The position numbers and the translations under genes were made by a program. DNA of 64,000 nt from Candidatus Bathyarchaeota archaeon (GTDB lineage: Archaea > Thermoproteota > Bathyarchaeia > Bathyarchaeales > Bathycorpusculaceae), in the NCBI GenBank assembly GCA_963768425.1, contig CAVYHV010000017.1, positions 96,001 through 160,000 of the forward strand. The letters run 5' to 3'. Below the pieces are notes generated by a model. That model did not search any database, had not been told where the DNA came from, and worked only from the letters and a program-made list of their open reading frames with translations. Numbering within the stretch: position 1 is the stretch's first letter; every line of letters begins with the position of its first letter. Shown in pieces: positions 10,755-20,877 of the stretch.

Positions 10755-11954
10755 TTAATGATCAATCAAGCTTTGAGCACCCTTCAGGAGGGAAACTGCA
10801 ACGTTAAGACCAGTTGCAAGCCGAGTGTTCTCCCAGAACTCGGGACACGAATTTGATTCATGAAACACAAGGGCGCTCTTATTTTTTTCTACACTCTCTT
10901 CAATGACATTCTTAACATTTTCGTAACAGTCACTGTTCGCATAAACCTGAAAAGCCTTCTCAAGCTTCATGGTCCAAACTGGGAAATCGGTCAAGCGCAT
11001 TTCATCTTGCTTAACCTTCTGAACGGGCAAAAACGCTTGCCCAGCCTTATCCAACTGACCCTTTACGTAAGCATCATCGACGGTTTTGTTTTCTTCAACG
11101 TTCACCATCGCGTCCAAAGCAAAAATCCACGCTTCGCTGCCTTTGCCAAGGGTCTTGCCACATCTCACAGCGGTTTCTTGAACACTTTTTGGAAGTTTGG
11201 CACCGAAAACCAAGTTGCCGAGAAAAGTGTTTGTTCTGAAATCTTTGAAGCCAGCACGGGCCATCGAAGTTGGGTAGCAAACGGGTTTTTTGCCTTTTTC
11301 CTTTGAAACGATTATCCTCAGATCGTAAAACCATTTTTCAACGAGTTCCTGCGCAACCACGCCGACTGGGTTGATGATTGACGGTTTGGTTTCTTTGATG
11401 TTGGTGATAAGTTCGTCACTATTTTTTGCCAGCATAATCATTTTGCCGTGTGTTCCAGCGTCAGCCTTGATCACGATGCCTTTGGAGAGAGAGATTTCCT
11501 GCTGGAGAAGCTCTGCTATGTCTTTTTCGTTGTGGATTTCTTTACCGTTTTTGAGGGCGTCAGTCGGGTCGCATGGAACGTAAACTGTTTTGGGAATCGG
11601 CAAGCCTTCCTTCCAAAGATTAAGCAGCGTGCGAAGTTTGCTGTAGCAGACAAATTCGGCTTGAGATGTGTTGAGGGTTTTCTTGCCAAGTTGCTCCATG
11701 AGATATGAGGCTTGGAGTCTGCGGTTTTTGCTTTGCGCACGATTAAGCACTACCGCGATGTCTTTGATTATTCCAGTGTAATCCTTGCCCTTTGTTTTAG
11801 CCGCAAACCCTTCTTTAGAAATTGACAAAGCGATTTTTCTGAAGGGCAGAAAAGTCAAATCCACGCCTAATTGCTGCGCTGTGAGCTTAATGCCGTTTTC
11901 GTCGTTTTCAGAACGTTCATATAAAAGGGCAATGCTCAACGCTGTTTCCACCAA
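10755..11954 (-). CDS. lysX: divergent LysX/RimK-like ATP-grasp ligase
   Basis: Directly after lysW; LPIPKT, VAQELV, YDLRI, FRTN, HESNSCPEF; carries a long insertion. Confidence 0.75.
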   Translation of the reverse strand: MVETALSIALLYERSENDENGIKLTAQQLGVDLTFLPFRKIALSISKEGFAAKTKGKDYTGIIKDIAVVLNRAQSKNRRLQASYLMEQLGKKTLNTSQAEFVCYSKLRTLLNLWKEGLPIPKTVYVPCDPTDALKNGKEIHNEKDIAELLQQEISLSKGIVIKADAGTHGKMIMLAKNSDELITNIKETKPSIINPVGVVAQELVEKWFYDLRIIVSKEKGKKPVCYPTSMARAGFKDFRTNTFLGNLVFGAKLPKSVQETAVRCGKTLGKGSEAWIFALDAMVNVEENKTVDDAYVKGQLDKAGQAFLPVQKVKQDEMRLTDFPVWTMKLEKAFQVYANSDCYENVKNVIEESVEKNKSALVFHESNSCPEFWENTRLATGLNVAVSLLKGAQSLIDH

Positions 11955-12003
11955 AAAATGCTAAAAAATCAAGTAAAATGAAAGCTATAGCGATGAATAC
12001 TGC

Positions 12004-12210
12004 TTATTCTCCCCAGTCTTCCCCTTCAATCGTTAACTCTTGAAGGTCCACGCAGCCGCCTTTAACTTGTTTGACTTCAAGTTCAAGCCCGCAGCCCGGG
12101 CAACTGAGGATTTCTCCTTTCTCTGTGTCAACTGGAACATCAAGTTCTGCTTCACAGTCAGGACATTTTGCCTTCATGCATTGCGAATTTGAATTTACAG
12201 GTTTAATCAT
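12004..12210 (-). CDS. lysW: amino-group carrier protein LysW
   Basis: CPDC...CPGC zinc ribbon and C-terminal EDWGE; start at 12210 or 12177. Confidence 0.97.
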   Translation of the reverse strand: MIKPVNSNSQCMKAKCPDCEAELDVPVDTEKGEILSCPGCGLELEVKQVKGGCVDLQELTIEGEDWGE

Positions 12211-12281
12211 TTTGTATTCGTCACTTTATTTTTTCTATCGGAAATGACTTTTCCATTAATTCAATACCAAATTTAAACATT

Positions 12282-12297
12282 GTGACTAATTTGTTAC
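12282..12297. promoter_or_regulatory. palindromic operator candidate upstream of lysW (GTGACTAATTTGTTAC)
   Basis: Imperfect inverted repeat 4 nt upstream of a minus-strand TTTAAATT TATA-like box; 11/16 identical to the palindrome before leuC. Confidence 0.45.
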
Positions 12298-12413
12298 AAC
12301 TTGAACTGCTAATGTTCCATTTGGTGCACCACTAAGCCAGCCACACGTAAAGAAACAGTAACCAAACATGCTAAACCTTAGCGAAAAACGCACTGCCAGC
12401 CAAGTGCTGTAAA

Positions 12414-12433
12414 GGGAAACGTTAAATTTTCCC
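12414..12433. promoter_or_regulatory. BRE/TATA promoter of the Lrp regulator inside an inverted repeat (possibly bidirectional)
   Basis: GGGAAAcgttaaatTTTCCC reads as BRE plus TATA on both strands, about 30 nt before the ATG at 12461. Confidence 0.45.
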
Positions 12434-12460
12434 CAAAACAATAACCCTACGGCGACACAG

Positions 12461-12871
12461 ATGGACGAGAAAGACAAAGAAATAATCAGGCTTCTAAGAG
12501 ATAACGCACGAGCAGGCTACGGAGAATTAGGTACGCAAATCGGGCTGTCAGAGGGCGCGGTTCGAAAGAGAATCAGAACATTAACCAATGAAGGAATAAT
12601 ACGTAAATTCACAGTTAAAATCAGCCTTGCAGAAGGCGCCCAAGCCATAACTCTGCTCACGGCAAACACAGCTTACCCAACGCAAGAAGTATCAAGGAAG
12701 ATTCAGGCAATCCCAAACGTGGAAACAACCTACGAAGTCAGCGGCGAATATGACATTGTCGCAGTTATCGGCGGCATGAACATGACTGAAGTCAACGAGT
12801 GCATCGAAAAAATCCGCATGGTTGAAGGCATCGTCAAAACCAACACAATGATCGTCTTACGCAGCTCATAA
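12461..12871 (+). CDS. Lrp/AsnC-family regulator, LysM-like
   Basis: MDEKDKEII..GLSEGAVRKRI HTH and VSGEYD RAM domain; divergent from lysW. Confidence 0.9.
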   Translation: MDEKDKEIIRLLRDNARAGYGELGTQIGLSEGAVRKRIRTLTNEGIIRKFTVKISLAEGAQAITLLTANTAYPTQEVSRKIQAIPNVETTYEVSGEYDIVAVIGGMNMTEVNECIEKIRMVEGIVKTNTMIVLRSS

Positions 12872-13010
12872 GGCGCTTTTTCCCAATTTTTACTTTGGCA
12901 AAAGTTGTTTTCTATTCAGAGTGTTGATATGTTGAACAGATATTTAGTTGAGAACAGAATGAATAATGCTTATTAAGATTCACTATACATCTTTTGTTGA
13001 GAGAGCTAAA

Positions 13011-13655
13011 ATGAATGAAAAACTTCAAGAAAGCGCTCAATACCTCAAATGCTTCAGCAACCTAGAAATCGAAGCCTTCCGCGTTTACGAAGCAATGTCC
13101 AAGAAAATTAATCAACCCGAAAGCAGCTTTGTCTTAGGCTTAGCCTACGACAGCTTCAAATGCTCCAAAATCCTTCAGGGAATACTTAGCCACCTTAACC
13201 CCTCTGAAATCGAAAACACCGAATGCAAGAAAGAAATAACGGAGTTAGCCGCCGAAATCTCAACATTCACCAAGATAGTTTCAACCATCAACAATCTAAG
13301 CCCCCTTCTTAGCTGCGAAATACTTAGTGAACTAATCAACATGGAAGACCTCCTCAACGAAACATACGCAAATTACCTGCAATCCTCAACAACCAAGTTT
13401 GTTGCAGACGAATTTTCAGCGCTGATACCGCAGAGCTCAAACAATTTCAAGCGGATCTTCGAATGCTTCGTGGAAGAAAAAGAAGCACATCGTCAAACCC
13501 TCATCGAAGTCATCTACAACCTCGAATCCAAAGAAGCCGAAAGAGTCAGGCACGTGTCACCTGTCGTGAAATATCAAAACCCCGATGCTTGGTACCACGA
13601 ATCAACAATCCACGCCTTCACCAGAATCCCACTGAGAGCCAAAAACCAACCATAA
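13011..13655 (+). CDS. hypothetical ferritin-like helical protein
   Basis: LEIEAFRVY and EEKEAH patterns resembling rubrerythrin/ferritin helices. Confidence 0.6.
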   Translation: MNEKLQESAQYLKCFSNLEIEAFRVYEAMSKKINQPESSFVLGLAYDSFKCSKILQGILSHLNPSEIENTECKKEITELAAEISTFTKIVSTINNLSPLLSCEILSELINMEDLLNETYANYLQSSTTKFVADEFSALIPQSSNNFKRIFECFVEEKEAHRQTLIEVIYNLESKEAERVRHVSPVVKYQNPDAWYHESTIHAFTRIPLRAKNQP

Positions 13656-13674
13656 GTCAAGTCTTCTTATGGCT

Positions 13675-13712
13675 ATAGTCCCTGTTGCTTAAGGTAACAG
13701 GGGCTATTTTTG
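13675..13712. terminator. hairpin followed by T-tract
   Basis: ATAGTCCCTGTTGC-TTAAG-GTAACAGGGGCTAT (14 bp, 2 G.U) then a T run, just after the stop at 13655. Confidence 0.6.
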
Positions 13713-13960
13713 GCTCCACAAACGTCCCTTTTGCCACCGCTCGGAAAATTCCTCTGTTTTTAGTTTTGCACTAGAATTGGTTGTTTGATTCTGCGCAAAT
13801 CTCTTCCTGGACTCAATTTGCCTAAGGGCGATACACGTTAGCTGCGAGGTTTTTCTTCTGCTTTTGGTTTTCACTTTCACTAACCTCTCCCCTTCCTCGA
13901 ACATTAGTTTCTCAGTTCACCTTTTAACCGCCGGCAACAATAAGCCGGCTTCACAGGTGA

Positions 13961-14185
13961 TTGACAATAAAAAAGAAAACAGTGCTTTTAGCCCCACAGG
14001 AGGAACTTCAGATTGACTTGACACTTCATGATGTTCCCGCTTCGCTGGTCAGCGAGTTTGCGGAAAAAATCGTGAGACTCTACTACAACGGCAACCTAAA
14101 CGCTGCCATACAAGACCTAATAAACAAAGCCCTCACGGAACAAGAATTCGTACACTCACACATAACCCATGTCAAAAACTTATAA
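13961..14185 (+). CDS. small hypothetical protein (possible RHH-like)
   Basis: AGGTGA RBS before TTG; strand-helix-helix pattern IDLTLHDVP...LNAAIQDLI. Confidence 0.65.
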   Translation: MTIKKKTVLLAPQEELQIDLTLHDVPASLVSEFAEKIVRLYYNGNLNAAIQDLINKALTEQEFVHSHITHVKNL

Positions 14186-14200
14186 ACAAACTATTTGCGT

Positions 14201-14911
14201 TTAGCCTTTCTTAATTTTCTCCACAGACCCAGCTGCCGTTCCTATGTAGACGAGGTCAGTTAAACCGACGAAAAAACCCGTTTCAACAACACCCGGAACC
14301 ATTTTGACTTTGACTTCTAGCTCCGCTGGGTTGGCGATTTCGCCGAAGTATGAATCTAAGATTGCGTTTCCGTTGTCCGTGATTGTTGGGCCAAGTTTAC
14401 CTTTGCCTTCCCGCAAAACAGGCTTGCCTCCATTTGCCATGATTTTTCGTTTAGCCAAAGAAATAGCGAAGGGCAAAACCTCAACTGGGACACTCTGACC
14501 TTTTTCGCCTAGCAACTTGACTTTCTTTTGCTCATCCGCAATAATAATGTTCAATTCTGAAGCGGCGGCCACTATTTTTTCTCTTGCCAGAGCAGCGCCC
14601 ATTCCTTTGATAAGATACAATTCTGGGGTCACTTGGTCGGCTCCATCTATTGTTAAGTCGACTTCGGGATGTTCATCTAAAGTTGTTATCGGGATTCCGC
14701 ATTCGACGGCCAGCAGGAAAGCTTGATATGAAGTGGGTATGCCCATCACATGCAGGTTTTCGAGTTTCACTCTTTCGCCTAACGCTTCTATGGCAAACGC
14801 GGCCGTGCTTCCACTGCCCAAGCCGACAATAAATCCATCGTTAACATGCTTAACAGCGGACAGCGCTGCATTCCTCTTTGCCTCTTGAATTGGATCAATG
14901 TTAGCTTTCAA
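14201..14911 (-). CDS. rpiA: ribose-5-phosphate isomerase A
   Basis: GLGSGST, IDGADQ, KGMGAALAREKI, PGVVETG motifs. Confidence 0.96.
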   Translation of the reverse strand: MKANIDPIQEAKRNAALSAVKHVNDGFIVGLGSGSTAAFAIEALGERVKLENLHVMGIPTSYQAFLLAVECGIPITTLDEHPEVDLTIDGADQVTPELYLIKGMGAALAREKIVAAASELNIIIADEQKKVKLLGEKGQSVPVEVLPFAISLAKRKIMANGGKPVLREGKGKLGPTITDNGNAILDSYFGEIANPAELEVKVKMVPGVVETGFFVGLTDLVYIGTAAGSVEKIKKG

Positions 14912-15656
14912 TTTCCATCTGCCCCAGCTTATCTAAAACCTTCTCAACTTCACTTCGAATAACCTCAATTCTTTTCTCCGCCTCTGTTTTGGCATCAGGC
15001 TTCTCTTCAGGCGGCTTGCGTTTACGCTTCTGCTTTTCCTCAGCTGCTTCTGTTTCTTCCTCTTCTTCCTCCGCCGCCTCAGTTTTCTCCATTTGAGGAA
15101 CACCGACGGTTGTAGGCATCCTAACAGGTATCTCTTTGATAGGTTTGACGTCGATTCGAGTTCTTAGTTCCTCAACCTTTGACGTTAATTCAGTGAAACG
15201 TGAGCTGAAAAGTTTCATCAAGTCTTCCTGCATGTCTTCAAGGTCGTGCAATGCAACAATGGATTCATCTTTAGAGATGGATTCTTTAATCGACATCATT
15301 CTTGCCGTGTAAGTGCCAGCAAGCTTCTCGCGTTCTTGCTCATTGATCTTACCTTCAGCTTGTGCTTCATAAAGACGACGAATTGCATCGCCAAGAATTT
15401 CCCGCTCCAAATCCAGCATCCGCAACTCGTTTTTCGCGTTGGAAGCAGCTGATGCTTGGACACTCTTGGAGATTTTGAATGGTAAACCTGAATAATCAAG
15501 ATTCGGGTCGCCCACTAATGCCTGGGTCTGCTGGGGTTTTTTCTTGGGCGGGTTTTTGGCGCCGAGGCGTCTCATAGCGTAGATGACTACTCCGCATGCG
15601 AAAATTATCACTACCGCAACTGCAATGACCGTTAACGGATCGTCATACCAAGCCAT
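14901..15656 (-). CDS. membrane-anchored coiled-coil hypothetical protein
   Basis: N-terminal TM helix, long helical region, acidic/basic tail; overlaps rpiA start. Confidence 0.8.
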   Translation of the reverse strand: MAWYDDPLTVIAVAVVIIFACGVVIYAMRRLGAKNPPKKKPQQTQALVGDPNLDYSGLPFKISKSVQASAASNAKNELRMLDLEREILGDAIRRLYEAQAEGKINEQEREKLAGTYTARMMSIKESISKDESIVALHDLEDMQEDLMKLFSSRFTELTSKVEELRTRIDVKPIKEIPVRMPTTVGVPQMEKTEAAEEEEEETEAAEEKQKRKRKPPEEKPDAKTEAEKRIEVIRSEVEKVLDKLGQMEIES

Positions 15657-15726
15657 GCCAAGCTGTCCTCGGTATCTTGATTATGTACCATTAATATATA
15701 AATTATACAAATGTAAGCGATTGTTT

Positions 15727-16559
15727 TCACTTCTGCGTGTGCAATGTTTTAAGCATGCTGCCTGACTGGTAACCGTCTAGATCAAATGTCACATATTTGA
15801 AACCCAGCTGTTTCAACCGCTCAGATACCTCATCCAAAACGTTGACGTTGCAGAAAGTGGCACGCTCCGTTTTTCCTACTTCTATTCTGGCTAAGCTATT
15901 GTGGTCCCTTACTCGAACCTGCTTAACCCCAGTTAACGCTTTCACTGCTTGCTCCGCCTTATCAATTCGATTCAACTTTTCAGCCGTAATTCTCTCGTTG
16001 AACGGGACCCTCGAAGCCAAACATGCAAGAGCAAGCTTATCGTGAACACTGAGTCCCATTTCTTTGGCTATTTGCCGAATTTCGCTTTTTGTAAACTTGT
16101 TTAGCATCCACGGGCTGCATACGTCTGTTGCTTCTTTGACCGCTTGGAACCCAGGTCTGTGATCATTTAGGTCGGAGAAGTTCGTACCTTCAAAAACTGT
16201 CTTGAAGCCGATTTCATGTGCGAAATCACTCAAGGTTTTTGAGCAGTTCTTTTTTGCAGTAGTAGCAACGGTTTTCTGGGTTTCGGCAAAAATTCTCGTT
16301 GGATAGCTCGTTGGTTTCTATGATGAATAGTTTGATGCCTATCTCTTTGGCTACTATCTTTGCATCCTCCAGCTCTTCAGAGGTGTAAGTGGGCGACTTT
16401 GCGATAACAGCAACTGTTTTTTCACCCAGAACCTCGCGAGTGACTGCTGCCAAAGTTGAACTATCTACGCCACCGGAAAAAGCGATGACAACACCATCTT
16501 TGCCAGTTTCCTTGATGAAACGTCGAAGCCTGCTCAAGTTTGCCGCTTAACTCTTCCAT
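15727..16559 (-). CDS. larE: ATP-dependent sacrificial sulfur transferase LarE, split by indel
   Basis: AFSGGVDSS PP-loop, RCYYCK, DHRPG, ACLASR, VRVRDH motifs. Confidence 0.93.
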
Positions 16560-16564
16560 TGCGA

Positions 16565-17819
16565 TTACCTTTCTCGTAGAAAAATCTCTCTTGCCCGTGA
16601 AACCGCCATCTCTGAAAGTTCCCTTAGGGGCTTACTCGTTTTTTCCGCGAGTCTCTTGAGGTCATCGTACTCTGGTTTTAAGCGGATGATGTTGCCGTCT
16701 GTGTCTTTGGCGATTTTGACTTTTACAAATTCCTTTGATCCGCCGATAAGGATGTCTACAGAGCTTAGTTCCCGATTTATTATGTGCCGTTCACATGGGT
16801 AAACTCTGACGCCAAGAGTCCCTGTCTCTTCAATCAGCACGCGAGAGAGCCGTTTGGAATCTTTTTGGTCAGCAACCACCTTGATTATTTGCCCAGGCCT
16901 GTTCTTTTTGGTGAACATGGGAATAACGCTTACGTCCTTTGCCCCTTCAGCAAGAAGCCTGTCGACAGCGTGTCCTACGATTTCTCCTGAAACATCATCA
17001 ATGTTGGTTTCCAACACTGCAATCTGATCCTTCAACAAGCCATTCTCCAGAGGCTTTCCAATCACTATTCGGAGAACATTGGGGATTTCAGCAAAATCTT
17101 TGCCGCCTGCGCCGTACCCAACCCCCAGGGGAATCATTTCAGGGTAGAAACTGGTCAATTCCTGCGCCAAATTAACAATCAAAGAAGCCCCAGTAGGCGT
17201 AGCTAACTCTGACTCTACAGGTCCCCCTTTAATCGGGAAACTTTTCGATTGAAAAATAGCCAACGCAGCCGGTGACGGGCTTGAGACAGTGCCATGAGAG
17301 AACTGAAACAGCCCTCCGCCAACAGATACGGGTGTAGAAACGATCTTTGCATCGAAGAAGCCGAGCTCCTCCATAGCAACTGCTGACCCGATTATTTCCG
17401 CGGCGGTGTCGACCAATCCGACCTCATGCAGATGCGCGTCGGCTAAAGTGATGCCCATGAAGTTTCGTTTCCGCGTCAACGAGAGTGTGGATAACGTTTG
17501 AGGCGAACTGCCTTGCCTTTGCGGAAAGCCCTATTTTTTCCGCTGTTTTTTCGATTATCGTGATTAATTGTTTGCCGTCTTTTCTTGATTTTCCTTCGGC
17601 GGTAACGTCAACTTTGGTCGCTCTGAACCCCTTTCGCATAACCTGCTTGATATCTATTGTCACGTTTTTGTAGCCATACTCGGTGCTTTCCAAGCTTTTT
17701 ATTGCAGCGGTAACTTTATCCTGGTTTGCACCAAGGTCCAGCAACGCGCCTAGCATCATGTCTCCAGAAACTCCAGCGACCTGGCAATCAACGATAACTA
17801 TTTTAGAAAACTCAGCCAT
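16565..17819 (-). CDS. larC: nickel insertase LarC, split by indel near 17450
   Basis: GVSGDMMLGAL, HLHEVG, ELATPTGA, ETNIDD, KKNRPG, ETGTLGVR, KPEYDD motifs. Confidence 0.94.
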
Positions 17820-17896
17820 TATGTTTCGACCGCTTGCAATATTGAAAACAGCAAAAACGATATATTACTTGTGGTTCTATGGCGAGTGATTAAGTC

Positions 17897-18682
17897 ATGA
17901 GCGCGTTGAAGGATATTTTGGAGAAAACTGCTAAAGGCGAATTAACGGTTGAGGAAGCTGAGAAACTCGTTCGTTTGCAAGCCGTCGCTGAGCTTGAAGG
18001 CGTGGCGAAAATCGATTGTAACAGAGAACTGAGGAAAGGCATTCCCGAGGTAATATTGGCAGAAAACAAGACAGCAGCAGACGTGGTCGACATAACCTTG
18101 CGGATGATGCGTGAATGCGGAAGAGTCATAGTCAGCCGTTGCAGTCCAGAGCAGATTCAAGCACTCAAAGACGCGTTCCTCCGTAAAGCCGTTTTTGAGG
18201 TGAATGAAAAAGCAAGAATAGCCGTCGTAAAAACCAAGGATTTCTCCGTGAAAAGCACGGGAGGAAAAATTGGGATTTTGACTGCTGGTACCTCTGACAT
18301 CCCCGTGGCTGAAGAAGCAAAGGTTATTGCCCAAGAGATGGGCTGCGAAGTTTACGCTTCGTACGATTTAGGTGTCGCTGGAATCCACAGGCTGCTTGCG
18401 CCTCTAAAGGACTTAATCATGAAGGACGTTGATGTCATAGTTGTTGTTGCAGGCAGGGAAGGCGCCTTATGCTCCGTTGTCGCCGGCATGGTTAATGTTC
18501 CAGTGATTGCTGTTCCAACATCTAACAGCTACGGTTTCGGCGAAAAAGGAATCAGCACGCTTATGGCGATGCTTCAGTCATGCTCGCTGGGTCTGTCAGT
18601 TGTGAACATTGACGCGGGAGTTGCAGCAGGCGCAGCAGCGACGTTAATCGCTAATCGCGCCGCCAAATTTAGAGAAAAATAA
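17897..18682 (+). CDS. larB: NPN biosynthesis carboxylase/hydrolase LarB
   Basis: TAGTSDIPVAEEA, GVAGIHRL, AGREGAL, VPTSNSYG motifs. Confidence 0.94.
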   Translation: MSALKDILEKTAKGELTVEEAEKLVRLQAVAELEGVAKIDCNRELRKGIPEVILAENKTAADVVDITLRMMRECGRVIVSRCSPEQIQALKDAFLRKAVFEVNEKARIAVVKTKDFSVKSTGGKIGILTAGTSDIPVAEEAKVIAQEMGCEVYASYDLGVAGIHRLLAPLKDLIMKDVDVIVVVAGREGALCSVVAGMVNVPVIAVPTSNSYGFGEKGISTLMAMLQSCSLGLSVVNIDAGVAAGAAATLIANRAAKFREK

Positions 18683-18803
18683 CCTGACTATTTTCAAATT
18701 AAACTTTCATGCACTGGACTTTCCGTTGGACAGTATGATTTATCTTTAACAAGTTACCATTTCCTCGTTAAGCAGCGAGGCATGTTTGTGAGTTTCGAGT
18801 GAA

Positions 18804-20047
18804 ATGGGTGCGTCAGAGAAAACTAGGCTTGTCGTATTCGATGTAGAAGGAGTGCTGGTTCCGAAAAACCGCTTCATATTTGAAGTTGGAAAGAAATTAG
18901 GCTTCGCTAGGCTTTTTAAGCTTCTTTTTTTCGGTTTCCTCTACGAAGCGGGGATTCTTAGGCTTGATTCCGTGTTAAAACGCCTTACAATGAATTGGAA
19001 GGGGTTAAAGTTGAAGTTTTAAAGGAAGTCTTCGAAAAAATCTCGTCAACCAACCTACCTCAAAGGCATCTTTTCTCAGATAAAGGCAAGAAACTGCAAG
19101 ATTGCCTTGATCAGCTCTGGGTTGCCGACAGTCGTTGTTAAAGAATTAGCTGATGCCTTAGGCGCGGAATACGCTTACGGAGTTGAAGTTGAAACTGTAG
19201 ACGGCAAGCTAACAGGGAAAATCTGGGGCGACGCGATTCAACCTGAAGGAAAACTGAAGATTGTTGACGCAGATATCTGACAGCTGAGAACCTGAGACTG
19301 AGGGACTGCGTTGTTGTGGCTGACGATAGAAACAACCGTTGCATGTTTCTGCCTGGAATGCTCAAGATCGGTTTCAACCCTGACTTTGTGATACGGGTAA
19401 AAGCAGACAGGGTGGTTAACGGCAAGCTTTCAGCAATCATCCCCATAATAGATGGAAAACCCCGCAAGCGTTCCTTCCCCTCGACCAACGATTTTGTCCG
19501 AGAAGACATTCATGCATCTGGTGTATTCATGCCCGTTATCGCAGGTTTAATCGGTGTACCCGCAGTTGGAACGTTAATTTTCCTTATAGCCGCGGTGTAC
19601 ACGATATCTGAACTTTGGCGCTTGGAAGGTAAAGAGCTGAGGATTGTTTCAGCTGTGACCCGCCACGCTGCTTCCCAATCTGAACTGCATGGGTTCGCGG
19701 CAGCGCCACTGTATTTTGCAGGCGGCATCCTGTTTACACTGGTTGTTTTTCCCCATCCTGCAAGCTATGCTGCAATTGCCATGTTCTGCCTAGGCGACAG
19801 CGCAGCATCACTGTTCGGAGGCTTAGTTTCAGATTCTTTGCCGTTTAACAAGGGGAAAACTTGGGAAGGCTCATTGGCCGGGTTTTTCTTCGCGTTTTTG
19901 GCTGGGATGTTCTTTTTGCCGACGAAGCCACTTGTAGCTCTTGCCGGAGCAGCAATCGCGATGACAGTTGAGGTTCTTCCTTTGCCGATAAACGATAATG
20001 TTCTGATTCCAATAATCACAGGTGCAGCGTTGACATTACTGATTTAA
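18804..20047 (+). CDS. fusion of SerB-like HAD domain and dolichol/phytol-kinase-like membrane domain, split by indels
   Basis: FDVEGVL, ISSG, GKLTG, CVVVADDRNN HAD motifs, then REDIH, GDSAASLFG, GKTWEGSLAG, INDN motifs. Confidence 0.8.
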
Positions 20048-20515
20048 CGCTATGACCGAGTTCAGGTAGTCTTTGACGAAATATTTCTTGCCAATTTTGG
20101 CTACAATGTGCCCTTCCTCCTCGAAAAGGCGCTTTTGATTTTCCATGCCGCCCGGATATTTCTCGTTTAGGAACCCGCCTGTTTTGAGGGTACGCCAGTA
20201 AGGAGTAATATCAACAGTGCCTTGCATTCTTTGTTCTTCCGCCGCATTAGCAGATATCCAAGCGAAAATGCCTGTCGTCAAAGGACAACCGATTGTAGCG
20301 GTGTGTTTCTTTGCAAGGGCTGAGCGGATCTCGTTAATTGTCGTCAGTTTGCCTTTGGGCACCATCTTCATTAACATGTCAACTTCGATCGGCGCCGGGA
20401 TAACTAATGTGCCTGTGCCCCATTTAGCCGCCATCTTACCAGTAAGCGGCTCAACTTTGGGGTAGCCTTTGCTGTTGTTGAGTTTCTCTTGCCAAGTCGC
20501 CTTCTTCTTAGCCAT
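20036..20515 (-). CDS. MGMT-family / alkyltransferase-like DNA-binding protein
   Basis: VPKGKLTT, CPLTTGIF, PYWR (in place of PCHR), KYPGG..Q..L..EG. Confidence 0.8.
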   Translation of the reverse strand: MAKKKATWQEKLNNSKGYPKVEPLTGKMAAKWGTGTLVIPAPIEVDMLMKMVPKGKLTTINEIRSALAKKHTATIGCPLTTGIFAWISANAAEEQRMQGTVDITPYWRTLKTGGFLNEKYPGGMENQKRLFEEEGHIVAKIGKKYFVKDYLNSVIALNQ

Positions 20516-20619
20516 TCAGTTAGCCCAGTGACTATGTAGCTGAAGTAATTTAATGAAACTTTCTAGCAACCCGTTTTTCAAGTAATTCTTGGTTCAAAAG
20601 AAAATCAATGGGCTGAAGT

Positions 20620-20873
20620 TTATTTCTTGCTTTGCGTGTTGATCAATTCTTGTTTTTGATGGTGGTTCATTTTTTTTAATTCCCGTTCTCGCTTCATGGC
20701 ATCGCTTCTGAGCCGAACAGTTCAGTGTAGGCGAGTTTTTGCGGTTTGTGGGATTTGGTGTATCTTGCTCCAATGCCGTTCATGTGCTGCTTGGTTCTGA
20801 CGTCTAAGTCTTTCGTGTATCCTGTATAAAATGTGCCATCGCTGCAAAGCAGGATGTAAACGCAGAAGGACGT
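20620..20873 (-). CDS. GIY-YIG nuclease (UPF0213/YhbQ-like), absent from ORF track, one indel
   Basis: Hand translation: (ACG)SFCVYILLCSDGTFYTGYTKDLDVRTKQHMNGIGARYTKSHKP...AMKRERELKKM; GGAGG 9 nt before ACG. Confidence 0.88.
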
Positions 20874-20877
20874 TTGC

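Noticed and set aside
13704-13904. 66-aa basic ORF on the minus strand
   Set aside because: It fits the gap and ends at the hairpin, but has no motif; cannot be supported as a gene.
17424-17479. larC split as a programmed frameshift
   Set aside because: Position is N-terminal, no clear slippery site was seen, and indels are widespread in this window.
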